A DNA stretch of 32,000 nucleotides from Candidatus Iainarchaeum sp. (lineage in GTDB: Archaea > Iainarchaeota > Iainarchaeia > Iainarchaeales > JACQJH01): positions 600,001 through 632,000 of the forward strand of contig JACQJH010000002.1 in assembly GCA_016205145.1 (NCBI GenBank). Direction: 5' to 3'. The translations under genes and the position numbers were made by a program. Numbering within the stretch: the first letter of the stretch is position 1; each line of letters opens with the position of its first letter. The notes under the pieces were generated by a model. That model searched no databases. It worked only from the letters and a program-made list of their open reading frames with translations, and had not been told where the DNA came from. Of the stretch, positions 1-7,712 are shown in pieces.

Positions 1-495
1 GTACGAAAAGTTCAGTTCATGCAAGTCCTTTTTCTTGTCCTTCATCAGCTTCCTCGACATAGAAGCCGGAACGTCAAGCAGTACAGTGAGGTCGGGCTTG
101 GGAAACCTGCCTTCCACGTTTTTCGCCCATTCAATGAATTCCGCCTGCTTTTTTTCGTCAGTGTACTTTGCGCTCTGGTACGCGAGGTTCGAGGCCACAA
201 ACCTGTCCAGGACGACCATTTTTCCCGCTTCGAGTTCCTTGCGGATTTTTGCGGACGCGGAATACTTGTCAATAGAGTAAAGCATCATGCACACTTCCGG
301 CGCCATCCTGTAAGGGTTGCCGAAGCCGCCATTAAGGTATTTTGAAATCAGCGAGCCGAAAAATGTCTTGTAGCGCGGAAACGCCATGAAAACGCCTGGA
401 ACGTTTTTTTTGCGCAGGCGCCTGAAAAAAAGCCTCGACTGCGAGGACTTCCCCGAACCGTCAATTCCCTCGAAAACTATGAGTTTGCCCTTCAA
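1..495 (-). CDS. tmk: Thymidylate kinase (partial; C-terminus runs off the window start)
   Basis: Open-ended minus-strand frame that is absent from the ORF track. My translation is (TTG)KGKLIVFEGIDGSGKSSQSRLFFRRLRKKNVPGVFMAFPRYKTFFGSLISKYLNGGFGNPYRMAPEVCMMLYSIDKY...VVLDRFVASNLAYQSAKY... The P-loop FEGIDGSGKS.Q and the DRF..S..AYQ motif are typical of Tmk. The TTG at 495-493 is preceded by GGTGG. Confidence 0.8.
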   Translation of the reverse strand, partial: MKGKLIVFEGIDGSGKSSQSRLFFRRLRKKNVPGVFMAFPRYKTFFGSLISKYLNGGFGNPYRMAPEVCMMLYSIDKYSASAKIRKELEAGKMVVLDRFVASNLAYQSAKYTDEKKQAEFIEWAKNVEGRFPKPDLTVLLDVPASMSRKLMKDKKKDLHELNFSY

Positions 496-685
496 AACCA
501 GCCACCGGAACGGGAAGATAACTGACAAAGAGGTTAATAAAATTTTCCGCCGAAAAAGTTGTTGGCGTTCCGGCTGGCTGGGTTCCATCAGAACCTACAC
601 CGGCCGGAAAGCGTTCCGAGCGAAGCGAGGCAGCCCGATGAAGCGAAGCGAATCGGGCGTCGGACTCGGCGGACGAAATCGCCGA

Positions 686-796
686 GCGCCTGTAGCGTAG
701 TGGTAGCGTTCGACCCTTCCAAAACTTTTTTAGAAAAAAAGTTTGCAAAAAAGTCGAGGTGAGGTCGCGGCCCGGGTTCGACTCCCGGCGGGCGCA
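686..796 (+). tRNA. tRNA-Gly (anticodon UCC) with a 40-nt intron at the canonical 37/38 position; no encoded CCA
   Basis: Hand-folded cloverleaf. Acceptor GCGCCTG/CGGGCGC plus discriminator A. D arm GCGT-AGTGGTA-GCGT. Anticodon stem CGACC/GGTCG with loop CTTCCA[intron]A. T arm CCGGG-TTCGACT-CCCGG. The mature length is about 71 nt. Confidence 0.85.
722..761 (+). other. tRNA intron (bulge-helix-bulge type); exact borders are ambiguous by 1 nt because of the A run
   Basis: The sequence between A37 and A38 interrupts the anticodon loop. It contains a perfect 10-bp hairpin, AAACTTTTTT-aga-AAAAAAGTTT. The intron segment GAGG can pair with the CTTC of the anticodon loop to give the central 4-bp helix of a BHB. 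Confidence 0.65.
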
Positions 797-839
797 TTGG
801 CCCATCGAGCAAAGCGAGATGGGCCTATTGCCGTGAATT

Positions 840-858
840 TTGATAAAACTTTTATCAA
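840..858. promoter_or_regulatory. Perfect 19-nt palindrome TTGATAAAA-C-TTTTATCAA containing TATA-like boxes, about 40 nt upstream of the rnp4 ATG
   Basis: Read directly. It is AT-rich and lies between the tRNA and the Rpp21 gene. Function as a TATA box or operator is inferred only. Confidence 0.3.
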
Positions 859-896
859 AAGTTTTCCCGACGGGCGCAACTAAAAAATTGGTTCTG

Positions 897-1229
897 ATGG
901 CTTCGAAGAAATTGTCCGTGCAAAAAATCGCGTTGGAGCGCATTTACCGCCTGTTCGAGCTGGCGGAAAAGGAACTGGAAAAGCCTTCCGGCGGAAGGTC
1001 GAAAAGGTATGTGCAACTGGCATTGAAAATCCGGGACAGGAACAGGGCAAGGCTGCCGGTTGAATTGAAGGCAAGGTTCTGCAAAAAATGCAAGGCATTT
1101 CTGATGCCGGGAAAAAACTGCACTGTGCGGGTTTCAGGAAAAATGGTTGTTGTTTCATGCCTCGGCTGTGGTAGCATAAAAAAGATGGGCGCCAAGGAAA
1201 AGAAGGCAAAAGTGGTGGAACGGAGTTGA
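897..1229 (+). CDS. rnp4: RNase P protein component 4 (Rpp21/Rpr2 family)
   Basis: ERIYRLFELAE...RYVQLALKIRDRNRARLPVELKARFCKKCKAFLMPGKNCTVRV....VSCLGCG is the Rpr2 helical N-terminus plus a CxxC...CxxC zinc ribbon. I prefer the ATG at 897 over the track start at 840. Confidence 0.8.
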   Translation: MASKKLSVQKIALERIYRLFELAEKELEKPSGGRSKRYVQLALKIRDRNRARLPVELKARFCKKCKAFLMPGKNCTVRVSGKMVVVSCLGCGSIKKMGAKEKKAKVVERS

Positions 1230-1241
1230 AAGTGGTTTTGT

Positions 1242-1505
1242 ATGGCGGGCAAAAAAGCGGGCAATGAACTGAAGGCGGAAATGCAGATCGGGAAGAACGG
1301 CATTTCCAAGGCGCTTGTCGAAGAGCTGAAAGCACGGCTTGCGAAAAGGCGTTTTGTCAAGGTCAAGGTCCTGGCGGCGCTCAAGGCAAACAGGAAGCTC
1401 CTGGCGGAAAAGATTGCCTTGGAAGTGAATGCAAGCGTCGAGGAAGTCAAGGGCAGCACTGTCGTGTTCCACGCGCATGCAAGGGAAGAGGGCAGGGGCC
1501 GTTGA
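1242..1505 (+). CDS. YhbY/CRM-domain RNA-binding protein
   Basis: 87 aa. IGKNGISKALVEELKARLAKRRFVKVKV matches the YhbY signature IGK.G.......l...L..heLiKvk. It is next to Rpp21, as in many archaea. Confidence 0.7.
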   Translation: MAGKKAGNELKAEMQIGKNGISKALVEELKARLAKRRFVKVKVLAALKANRKLLAEKIALEVNASVEEVKGSTVVFHAHAREEGRGR

Positions 1506-1511
1506 GCATAA

Positions 1512-1535
1512 GTGGTGCCGCAACAGCGGCACCAC
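1512..1535 (+). other. Perfect stem-loop (10 bp, loop AACA) 7 nt after the stop codon
   Basis: GTGGTGCCGC-aaca-GCGGCACCAC read directly. No T-run follows, so a terminator role is uncertain. Confidence 0.4.
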
Positions 1536-1685
1536 CAAGGGGGCGTGCGAGGGGCGTCAGCCCTGCTAACAAAGCTTTTTAAAGGTTTTATCCGAGAGAA
1601 ACGTATAATCGGCTTCTAATTTTGGAAGCTTCGGGCAATGCCCGTAAAGCAAATGCTTCGAAAGAAGCGAAAATGGTGATGATTT

Positions 1686-2270
1686 TTGGGAGTCTTTGAT
1701 GTTCCGGCCGGAAGGCTGATAGAGGAAGTTGCCAAGTCCTTGAAGGAAAACAATTACCCTAAACCGGAGTGGACGGAGTTCGTCAAGACCGGCATGAACA
1801 GGGAGAGGGCGCCTGACAGCCCCGACTGGTGGTATTACAGGAGCGCTTCCGTATTGTACAGGATTTTCAAGGAAGGCAACCTCGGAACAGGAAGACTGCG
1901 CACTTATTACGGCGGAAGGAAAAACCGCGGCGTGAAGCCGGAACACGTTTACAAGGCTTCGGGCAAGATTATCCGCTCCACATTGCAGGAGCTTGAAAAG
2001 CAGGGTTTTGTGAAAAAGGCGAAGGTCGGCAGGGTCATTGCCCCGAAGGGACAGAAGCTTTTGAACGACAATGCGAAAGCGATTGCCGGCATCTGGAAGA
2101 AAGAGATTGAGGATAAAAGGCTTGCCGGGCTTGTGGAAAAGAAGAGGCAGCCGAGAGCCGGAAGCGCGATGAGGGAAGAGCTCAGGAAGGCCGGTGCTGA
2201 AAAGAAGCCTGCGGAAAAGGAAAAGTTCAAAAAGAAAAAGAAGGAGAAAAGGGACGACGACAGCTCCTGA
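1686..2270 (+). CDS. rps19e: Ribosomal protein eS19 (S19e) with a ~45-aa K/E-rich C-terminal extension
   Basis: VFDVPAGRLIEEVAKSLKE...PEWTEFVKTGMNRERAPDSPDWWYYRSASVLYRI...GGRKNRGVKPEH...SGKIIRSTLQELEKQGFV is the classic eS19 pattern. The TTG start is preceded by GGTGAT. Confidence 0.9.
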   Translation: MGVFDVPAGRLIEEVAKSLKENNYPKPEWTEFVKTGMNRERAPDSPDWWYYRSASVLYRIFKEGNLGTGRLRTYYGGRKNRGVKPEHVYKASGKIIRSTLQELEKQGFVKKAKVGRVIAPKGQKLLNDNAKAIAGIWKKEIEDKRLAGLVEKKRQPRAGSAMREELRKAGAEKKPAEKEKFKKKKKEKRDDDSS

Positions 2271-2286
2271 ATGAAATTCCGCGCTT

Positions 2287-2604
2287 ATGGATGAATTGGA
2301 GGATGCGAGGAAAAGGAAGTTTGAGGAATTGCAGAGAAGGCATGCCGAAATTGCGCAGGAGTCGCAAAGGCAGGCCGAAGCCGACGCGCAGATAAGCGCG
2401 GTCCTCAAAAAGTTCCTGACCGAAGACGCAATGGAAAGGCTTGGCAATGTCAGGCTTGTCAACAGGCAGCTGTATGACGCGGCCTGCCAGGCGATAATTT
2501 ACATTGTGCAGAACGGTTTGGACGGAAAAATTGACGGTTTGCAGGTGAAAGCGATTCTGGAAAGGCTTTCACGTAAAAGGGAAATGAAAATAACGAGAAA
2601 GTGA
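2287..2604 (+). CDS. PDCD5/TFAR19-like dsDNA-binding protein
   Basis: 105 aa. It has a coiled N-terminus, then LTEDAMERLGNVRLVNRQLYDAACQAIIYIVQNG...IDGLQVKAILERL. It occupies the conserved position after eS19 in archaeal operons. Confidence 0.75.
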   Translation: MDELEDARKRKFEELQRRHAEIAQESQRQAEADAQISAVLKKFLTEDAMERLGNVRLVNRQLYDAACQAIIYIVQNGLDGKIDGLQVKAILERLSRKREMKITRK

Positions 2605-2891
2605 TGTTTGTGGCAAAGAACAAGACTGAAGAATTCAAGGGTTTCCTGATTGCCAAAAGGAAAAAAATCGGGCCCGGCCTGACGAACGCGCCTGTCTGGG
2701 TTATGCAGAAAGCCGGGAAGAGGATTTGGAACCCCAAGCAGAAAAGGCACTGGAAGGAAACAGATTTCGGCGACGAGTTCAGGAAAACCGAGAAAAAGCT
2801 GAAAGCCCGCAAAAAGAAGAGAAAGATGGGGCAGAAAAAGATGGCCAAGAGAGGCCTTGTCAAGAAGCTGAGGGTGAACAGGGATGCCTAA
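2604..2891 (+). CDS. rpl39e: Ribosomal protein eL39 (L39e) with a ~45-aa Lys-rich C-terminal extension
   Basis: AKRKKIGPGLTNAPVWVMQKAGKRIWNPKQKRHWKETD matches the eL39 core (..vP.Wv..kt.....np.rRhWrr..). The ATG overlaps the upstream stop by 1 nt. Confidence 0.85.
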   Translation: MFVAKNKTEEFKGFLIAKRKKIGPGLTNAPVWVMQKAGKRIWNPKQKRHWKETDFGDEFRKTEKKLKARKKKRKMGQKKMAKRGLVKKLRVNRDA

Positions 2892-3327
2892 AAAGGAAAA
2901 AAAGGATTCAGCCAGGGAAGTTGAAAGGAATTTCACGGTCAACCTTTCCAAGGTCAAAAGGCAGACCAGGCCGAAGCGGGCGAACAAGGCTGTTTCCGAA
3001 ATACGCGTGTTCATTGCAAGGCACATGAAGGTTGGCGTTGAAAACGTGAAGGTTTCACAGAAGCTGAACGAACTGCTGTGGTCGCACGGCAGGGAGAAGG
3101 CAACAAGGAAAGTCAGGGTCAAGGCCTTGAGCGACGGAAAACAGGCAGGCGTTTACCTCGAAGACGAAAAGATAGAGAAAAAGGAAAAGAAGGCCAAAGA
3201 GGAAAAGGAAGAGAAGGCCGAGGCAACGGAAGAGCAGAAAAAAGCCGAAGAGGAAAAGGAACGCAAGAAGGAAGAGAAAAAGCTTATCGAACAGCAGGCG
3301 GACCGGCAGGCAAAGAAAAAGAATTGA
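2884..3327 (+). CDS. rpl31e: Ribosomal protein eL31 (L31e) with a ~60-aa K/E-rich C-terminal extension
   Basis: REVERNFTVNLSKVKRQTRPKRANKAVSEIRVFIARHMKV..VKVSQKLNELLWSHGREKATRKVRVKA is the eL31 pattern. It overlaps the eL39 end by 8 nt. Confidence 0.85.
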   Translation: MPKKEKKDSAREVERNFTVNLSKVKRQTRPKRANKAVSEIRVFIARHMKVGVENVKVSQKLNELLWSHGREKATRKVRVKALSDGKQAGVYLEDEKIEKKEKKAKEEKEEKAEATEEQKKAEEEKERKKEEKKLIEQQADRQAKKKN

Positions 3328-3385
3328 CTGTGAAAAAGGAGCCGCGGCGAGGGGTTGCCCGGCCGATGTTCTATAATATTATCGC

Positions 3386-4057
3386 GTGAGTTTCTTGGAA
3401 ATAGACAAAAAGAACATCAGGGGTTCGCCTTACGTCGGGATTTTCTGTGTCGTGACCGAAAAATTCGGATTGTTCCCGAAAACCATTGACCGGCACGAGA
3501 TTGAAAAACTCTCTGATTTTTTCGGCGTTGAAGCCATTCCCGCAACCATTGCCGGCACATCGCTCTTGGGCGTGCTTGCAACAGCGAACAGCCACGGCAT
3601 AGTTGTTTCCGGCGTCGCGGAAGAAAAAGAGATTTCAGAGCTTGAAGGCCTGGGCCTGAACGTCGCGGTTGTCGACAACATTGCCGCTGTCGGAAACCTT
3701 GTCAGGGCAAACGACAATGGCGGGGTGTGCGCGAAAATCTTTTCCAAGGAAGCGAAAAGCGGCATGGAAACGGCTTTGAAGGTTGAACTCAGGGCGATGA
3801 AAATAGCCGACACCGACCTGGCCGGAAGCTGCATTGTCGCAACAAACAGGGGCTTTCTTGCAAACCCAGGCGTTTCAAAGGAAAGCTTTGCCGAACTCAG
3901 GAAAATTTTCGGGGTTGACGGCGCGCTGACGACCGCGAATTACGGCGATGCCTGCGTCGGCAACTCGATTGTTGCGAACAGCAGGGCAGCCATTGTCGGC
4001 GAACAGACAAGCGGCTTCGAGCTTTTGAGGATTGACGAGGGCCTGATGGGCAGATGA
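3386..4057 (+). CDS. eif6: Translation initiation factor 6 (aIF6)
   Basis: 223 aa with the five-fold pseudo-repeat pattern GSPYVGIFCVVTEKFGLFP...GTSLLGVLATANSHGIVV...NIAAVGNLVRANDNGGV...LAGSCIVATNRGFLANP. The GTG start at 3386 is preferred, with TTG at 3395 as an alternative. Confidence 0.9.
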   Translation: MSFLEIDKKNIRGSPYVGIFCVVTEKFGLFPKTIDRHEIEKLSDFFGVEAIPATIAGTSLLGVLATANSHGIVVSGVAEEKEISELEGLGLNVAVVDNIAAVGNLVRANDNGGVCAKIFSKEAKSGMETALKVELRAMKIADTDLAGSCIVATNRGFLANPGVSKESFAELRKIFGVDGALTTANYGDACVGNSIVANSRAAIVGEQTSGFELLRIDEGLMGR

Positions 4058-4113
4058 GGCAAACAAAGCAATTTAAGTTTTTGCAGGAAAAAGAACTATG
4101 GCAAGGTGAAACA

Positions 4114-4320
4114 ATGGCGGATGAAAAAGTTTTCGAGGCAAAAGGAATTATTGTTGAAAAGGGCGTTGAGAAGCCTTTCACTAAAAGGGTCGGGGCGGCA
4201 AACGAAAAATTCGCAAAGGAGAAAATCCTCTCCGCTTTCGGCTCCAGGCACAGGCTGAAGAGAAGGATGGTAAAAATCACAAGCATTGCCGTGGCAAAGG
4301 AAAAGGCGAAAAGGCAATGA
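4114..4320 (+). CDS. rplX: Ribosomal protein LX (L18Ae/eL20 family)
   Basis: KVFEAKGIIVEKGVEKPFTKRVGAANEKFAKEKILSAFGSRHRLKRRMVKITSI matches LX (F.v.G.......F.keV.A..e..A.E.vys..GS.Hk.kR..I.I). The ATG at 4114 is preceded by GGTGA. The track start at 4054 overlaps the eif6 end. Confidence 0.75.
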   Translation: MADEKVFEAKGIIVEKGVEKPFTKRVGAANEKFAKEKILSAFGSRHRLKRRMVKITSIAVAKEKAKRQ

Positions 4321-4814
4321 GCGCAAAAAAAGCAAAACAGGAACCGCCGCAGGAAAACAAGGCTGACGGCCAGCAGAAGGAAATAAGGCTGACCGGCGAA
4401 CAGATACTGCTGCAGTACAATGACACGCGGGCAAGGCTTGAAACCGTGCAGTCGAGGATTAGGGCGCTGGCGGGGATGAGGCAGGACATGCTTTTGGCGA
4501 GCACCGCGCTCAAGGCAATCAGCTCGGCTGAAGAAGGCGAAAAAATACTTGTAGCGCTTGGAGCAGGCATTTACATCGAAGCGGAAGCCAAAAACGTGAA
4601 AAAGGCCAAAAAACTGCTTGCCGGCAACGTCATGGTTGACGATGACGCCGAAGCAACCATTAAAAGCGTGCAGGAAGAGCTTGAAAAGACCGGACGGACG
4701 ATGCAGGAACTGCAGCGCGAGGAACAGGGCCTTGGCCAGAACCTGAATGCTTTGGCCCAGATAATCCAGAGAACACAGGAACTTGCAAGAAGGCAGATGC
4801 AAGGCCAGCAATAA
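4317..4814 (+). CDS. pfdA: Prefoldin alpha subunit
   Basis: 165 aa. It has two long heptad helices flanking a beta-hairpin region (GEKILVALGAGIYIEAEAKNVKK..KLLAGNVMV). It occupies the conserved position between LX and FtsY. An ATGA overlap joins it to rplX. Confidence 0.8.
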   Translation: MSAKKAKQEPPQENKADGQQKEIRLTGEQILLQYNDTRARLETVQSRIRALAGMRQDMLLASTALKAISSAEEGEKILVALGAGIYIEAEAKNVKKAKKLLAGNVMVDDDAEATIKSVQEELEKTGRTMQELQREEQGLGQNLNALAQIIQRTQELARRQMQGQQ

Positions 4815-4859
4815 AAGGCTTTTCCAACCCAATTCTTTCCGTCATTCATTTCTGTTATT

Positions 4860-6281
4860 ATGGGTGTCGGCATGTTTGGTCTGCTCAGGAAAAAGCTTGA
4901 AGGCTTCACGCAGAAGCTCAAGGAAAAAGTCTTCGAAAGGCACGAAAGCAGGCCAGAGCCTGTTCCGGAAGCCATAGAGGAAAAGCCAGCCCCACAAGAA
5001 AAGGCGCTGCCCGTTCCGGAAGAAAAGGCGCCTGAAATTGCGCTGGAAAAATCAATCGAAATCCGGGAGGAGCCTGAAAAAATCCGCGCAACACCCGCCG
5101 CCGAAAAAACTGTTTTTGAACAAAAGCCTGACAAAGCGGAAGAAAAAATCCCGGAACGAGAAGAAGCCTTGCATGCAAAGCCGAAAGCCGTTGCAGAAAT
5201 TCAGGAAAAACGCATAGAACACCCGAAACCCGTTAGTGTCAGAGAAAAAGAAACGCAGGATGCCATGGCAAAAAAAATGCCCAGCCATGAAGCGCACGCC
5301 ATTCCCGGAACTCTGGAAGAAGAGCTTGCGGAGCCGGCTGAGGAACTGCACGAAGCGGCTGAACCGCACGATATCAAAGGCCGCGAACTCCAAGCCAAGG
5401 TTTCGCTCGGCGGAAAGCTGAAAAGTTTTTTCACGGGCACGGTGACTGTTTCGGAAAAGGAAATTTCCGGCCTGCTTGAAGATCTGGAGCTTGCACTGCT
5501 GGAAGCGGATGTCGAGCCTGACACTGCGGAAAGGGTTTGCGCCGGAATAAAAAAAGAGCTGTCCGGAAAAAAAATCGACGGGAACAGGTTTGAGGAAGCG
5601 ATAAAAGCAGAGATAAGGAAAAGCCTGCTTGAAACCATGGCGGCGGAAAGCATCGACATTTGCGCCATGGCAAAATCAAAGGCGGAAAAGCCGTTCGTCA
5701 TTCTTTTTTTGGGCCCCAACGGAGCCGGGAAAACAACGACGATTGCGAAAATCGCGCACTATCTGAAAAAGCGCGGCCTGGAAAGCATTCTGGCGGCATC
5801 CGACACTTTCAGGGCCGCGTCGATAGAGCAGATCGGCGTGCACGCTGAAAGGCTTGGATTGCGCGTTGTAAAACACAATTACGGCTCCGACCCTGCGGCA
5901 GTGGCATTCGATGCAGTGCAGGCGGCTAAGGCTAAAGGCATTCCGGTTGTTCTCGTGGATTCAGCCGGAAGGCAGGAAACAAACAAGAACCTGATGAAGG
6001 AAATAGAAAAAATCGTGCGCGTAGTCAAGCCGGATTTGAAGCTGTTTGTCGGCGAGGCCTTGGCAGGGCATTCGCTCATAGAGCAGGCAAGGGAGTTCGA
6101 CAAAACTGTCGGGCTTGACGGTTTCGTGCTGACAAAAATCGATACTGATGCAAAGGGCGGCACCACGATTTCCCTGATTTACAATCTAAAAAAGCCGGTC
6201 GTGTTCATCGGCACGGGCCAGGGCTATGATGATATGCTAGAGTTCAGGCCGGAATTCATAGTGGACAGGGCAGTGGCATAA
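4860..6281 (+). CDS. ftsY: SRP receptor FtsY with a ~190-aa E/K/P-rich N-terminal A-like domain
   Basis: The NG domain shows FLGPNGAGKTTTIAKIA, DTFRAASIEQ, LVDSAGRQ, LTKIDTDAKGG and IGTGQGYDD. An alternative ATG lies at 4872 (MFGLLRKKLEGF). Confidence 0.9.
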   Translation: MGVGMFGLLRKKLEGFTQKLKEKVFERHESRPEPVPEAIEEKPAPQEKALPVPEEKAPEIALEKSIEIREEPEKIRATPAAEKTVFEQKPDKAEEKIPEREEALHAKPKAVAEIQEKRIEHPKPVSVREKETQDAMAKKMPSHEAHAIPGTLEEELAEPAEELHEAAEPHDIKGRELQAKVSLGGKLKSFFTGTVTVSEKEISGLLEDLELALLEADVEPDTAERVCAGIKKELSGKKIDGNRFEEAIKAEIRKSLLETMAAESIDICAMAKSKAEKPFVILFLGPNGAGKTTTIAKIAHYLKKRGLESILAASDTFRAASIEQIGVHAERLGLRVVKHNYGSDPAAVAFDAVQAAKAKGIPVVLVDSAGRQETNKNLMKEIEKIVRVVKPDLKLFVGEALAGHSLIEQAREFDKTVGLDGFVLTKIDTDAKGGTTISLIYNLKKPVVFIGTGQGYDDMLEFRPEFIVDRAVA

Positions 6282-6288
6282 AAAAAGG

Positions 6289-7008
6289 TTAATCTGATTT
6301 GAGCAAAAACCTGCTGTAAACGAATGCCGCAAGAATTGCCCCGGCAACCGGGCCGATCCAGTAAACCGCCTGGTTTTCAAGGAAGCCTGACGCCATGGCC
6401 GGGCCGAAAGCGCGCGCAGGATTCATCGCAGCACCAGTCAGGACGCCGCCTGCAAGAATGTCGAAGACAAGAACCAGGCCGATTGCCGCGCCATAAACGC
6501 CTGCCGGGGCGCGCCTGTCAACCGCAACCCCGAAAACCGTGAAGACAAGGAAAAACGTGAGGATTGCCTCAACGGCAATGCCAGCAAAAACCGAAACGCC
6601 CGAACCAAGCGCGGGCGTGCCCAGATGCAGTGAACCCGGCGCTGACGGAAAGACAATGGAAAGGAAAAAGCCCGCAAGCAAAGCGCCGCAAACCTGGGAA
6701 AAAATGTAAAACAACGCCTTTTTCGGCTTTATCTGGCGGCCGGCAAGCAGGCCAATCGTGACTGCAGGGTTTATGTGTCCGCCTGAAACATGGCCGGTCG
6801 CATAAACCATTGCCATCAGGACAAGACCATGCGCCAACGCAATGCCGAGCAGGCCGGCCTGGCCGCCGGAAGCATTGTCTGCGAGAACGGCTCCGGCGCC
6901 TATGAAAACAAGGGCAAAAGTGCCGATTGATTCTGCCAGAAAAGCCGGAAAATCGCCCAAGCCAACCACGCCAAAAGAAACAAGAATAATATATGAAACA
7001 CAATTCAT
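6289..7008 (-). CDS. MIP-family channel (aquaporin/aquaglyceroporin)
   Basis: 239 aa with six hydrophobic segments and two NPA boxes (SGGHINPAVTIG and GAAMNPARAFGP). Confidence 0.9.
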   Translation of the reverse strand: MNCVSYIILVSFGVVGLGDFPAFLAESIGTFALVFIGAGAVLADNASGGQAGLLGIALAHGLVLMAMVYATGHVSGGHINPAVTIGLLAGRQIKPKKALFYIFSQVCGALLAGFFLSIVFPSAPGSLHLGTPALGSGVSVFAGIAVEAILTFFLVFTVFGVAVDRRAPAGVYGAAIGLVLVFDILAGGVLTGAAMNPARAFGPAMASGFLENQAVYWIGPVAGAILAAFVYSRFLLKSD

Positions 7009-7103
7009 ATTAAAAATGTTGTTCGGGGAAGGCTTATATTGAGCGAAACCGCCAAATATCAGTTAATGCAAACTTGTGCAAAAAAATTTGGAGATGATGC
7101 AAG

Positions 7104-7712
7104 ATGGCCTTTGAATTACCGAAACTCGATTACGCGTTCGACGCGCTTGAACCGCACATCGACGCGAAAACAATGGAAATCCATTTCACGAAACACCACC
7201 AGGCATACGTTGACAAGCTCAACGCTGCAGTGAAGGGCACTGAATGGGAGAACAAAAAAATCGATGACATCCTCTGGAACATCAGCAAGGTGCCCGAAAG
7301 CATCAGGACGGCTGTAAGGAACCACGGCGGCGGGCACGCAAACCACTCGCTGTTCTGGAAAGTCATGGCTCCGAACGCCGGCGGAAAGCCGGGCGGAGAG
7401 CTTGCAAAGGAAATCGACAAGGCTTTCGGCTCGTTCGACAAGTTCAAGGAAACTTTTTCGAACGCCGCGGCAACAAGGTTTGGAAGCGGCTGGGCATGGC
7501 TTGTTGCAAGCAACGGAAAGCTCGAGGTTTACAGCACGGCTAACCAGGACTCGCCCTTGATGGAAGGCAGGAAGCCAGTGCTCGGCCTTGACGTGTGGGA
7601 ACATAGTTATTATTTAAAGTACCAAAATAGAAGGACCGACTATATCAATGCATTCTGGAACATTGTGAACTGGAAACAAGTAAACGAGAATTATCAAAGT
7701 GCAACGCAGTAG
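7104..7712 (+). CDS. sod: Fe/Mn superoxide dismutase
   Basis: [34 protein letters not shown]...[13 protein letters not shown]...[31 protein letters not shown] includes all metal-ligand motifs (H..H, D.WEH). The last ~37 codons have a sharply lower G+C. Confidence 0.92.
   Translation: MAFELPKLDYAFDALEPHIDAKTMEIHFTKHHQAYVDKLNAAVKGTEWENKKIDDILWNISKVPESIRTAVRNHGGGHANHSLFWKVMAPNAGGKPGGELAKEIDKAFGSFDKFKETFSNAAATRFGSGWAWLVASNGKLEVYSTANQDSPLMEGRKPVLGLDVWEHSYYLKYQNRRTDYINAFWNIVNWKQVNENYQSATQ

Noticed and set aside
461-943. 160-aa minus-strand ORF, plus the overlapping 559-762 (+) and 588-812 (-) ORFs
   Set aside because: They run straight through the tRNA-Gly gene and its GC-rich leader. The translations are low-complexity with no motif. 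The tRNA cloverleaf explains the sequence.
1676-1720. C/D-box-like GTGATGA ... CTGA pair
   Set aside because: GTGATGA coincides with the GGTGAT Shine-Dalgarno of rps19e, and the CTGA lies inside the coding sequence. There are no C'/D' boxes and no terminal stem.
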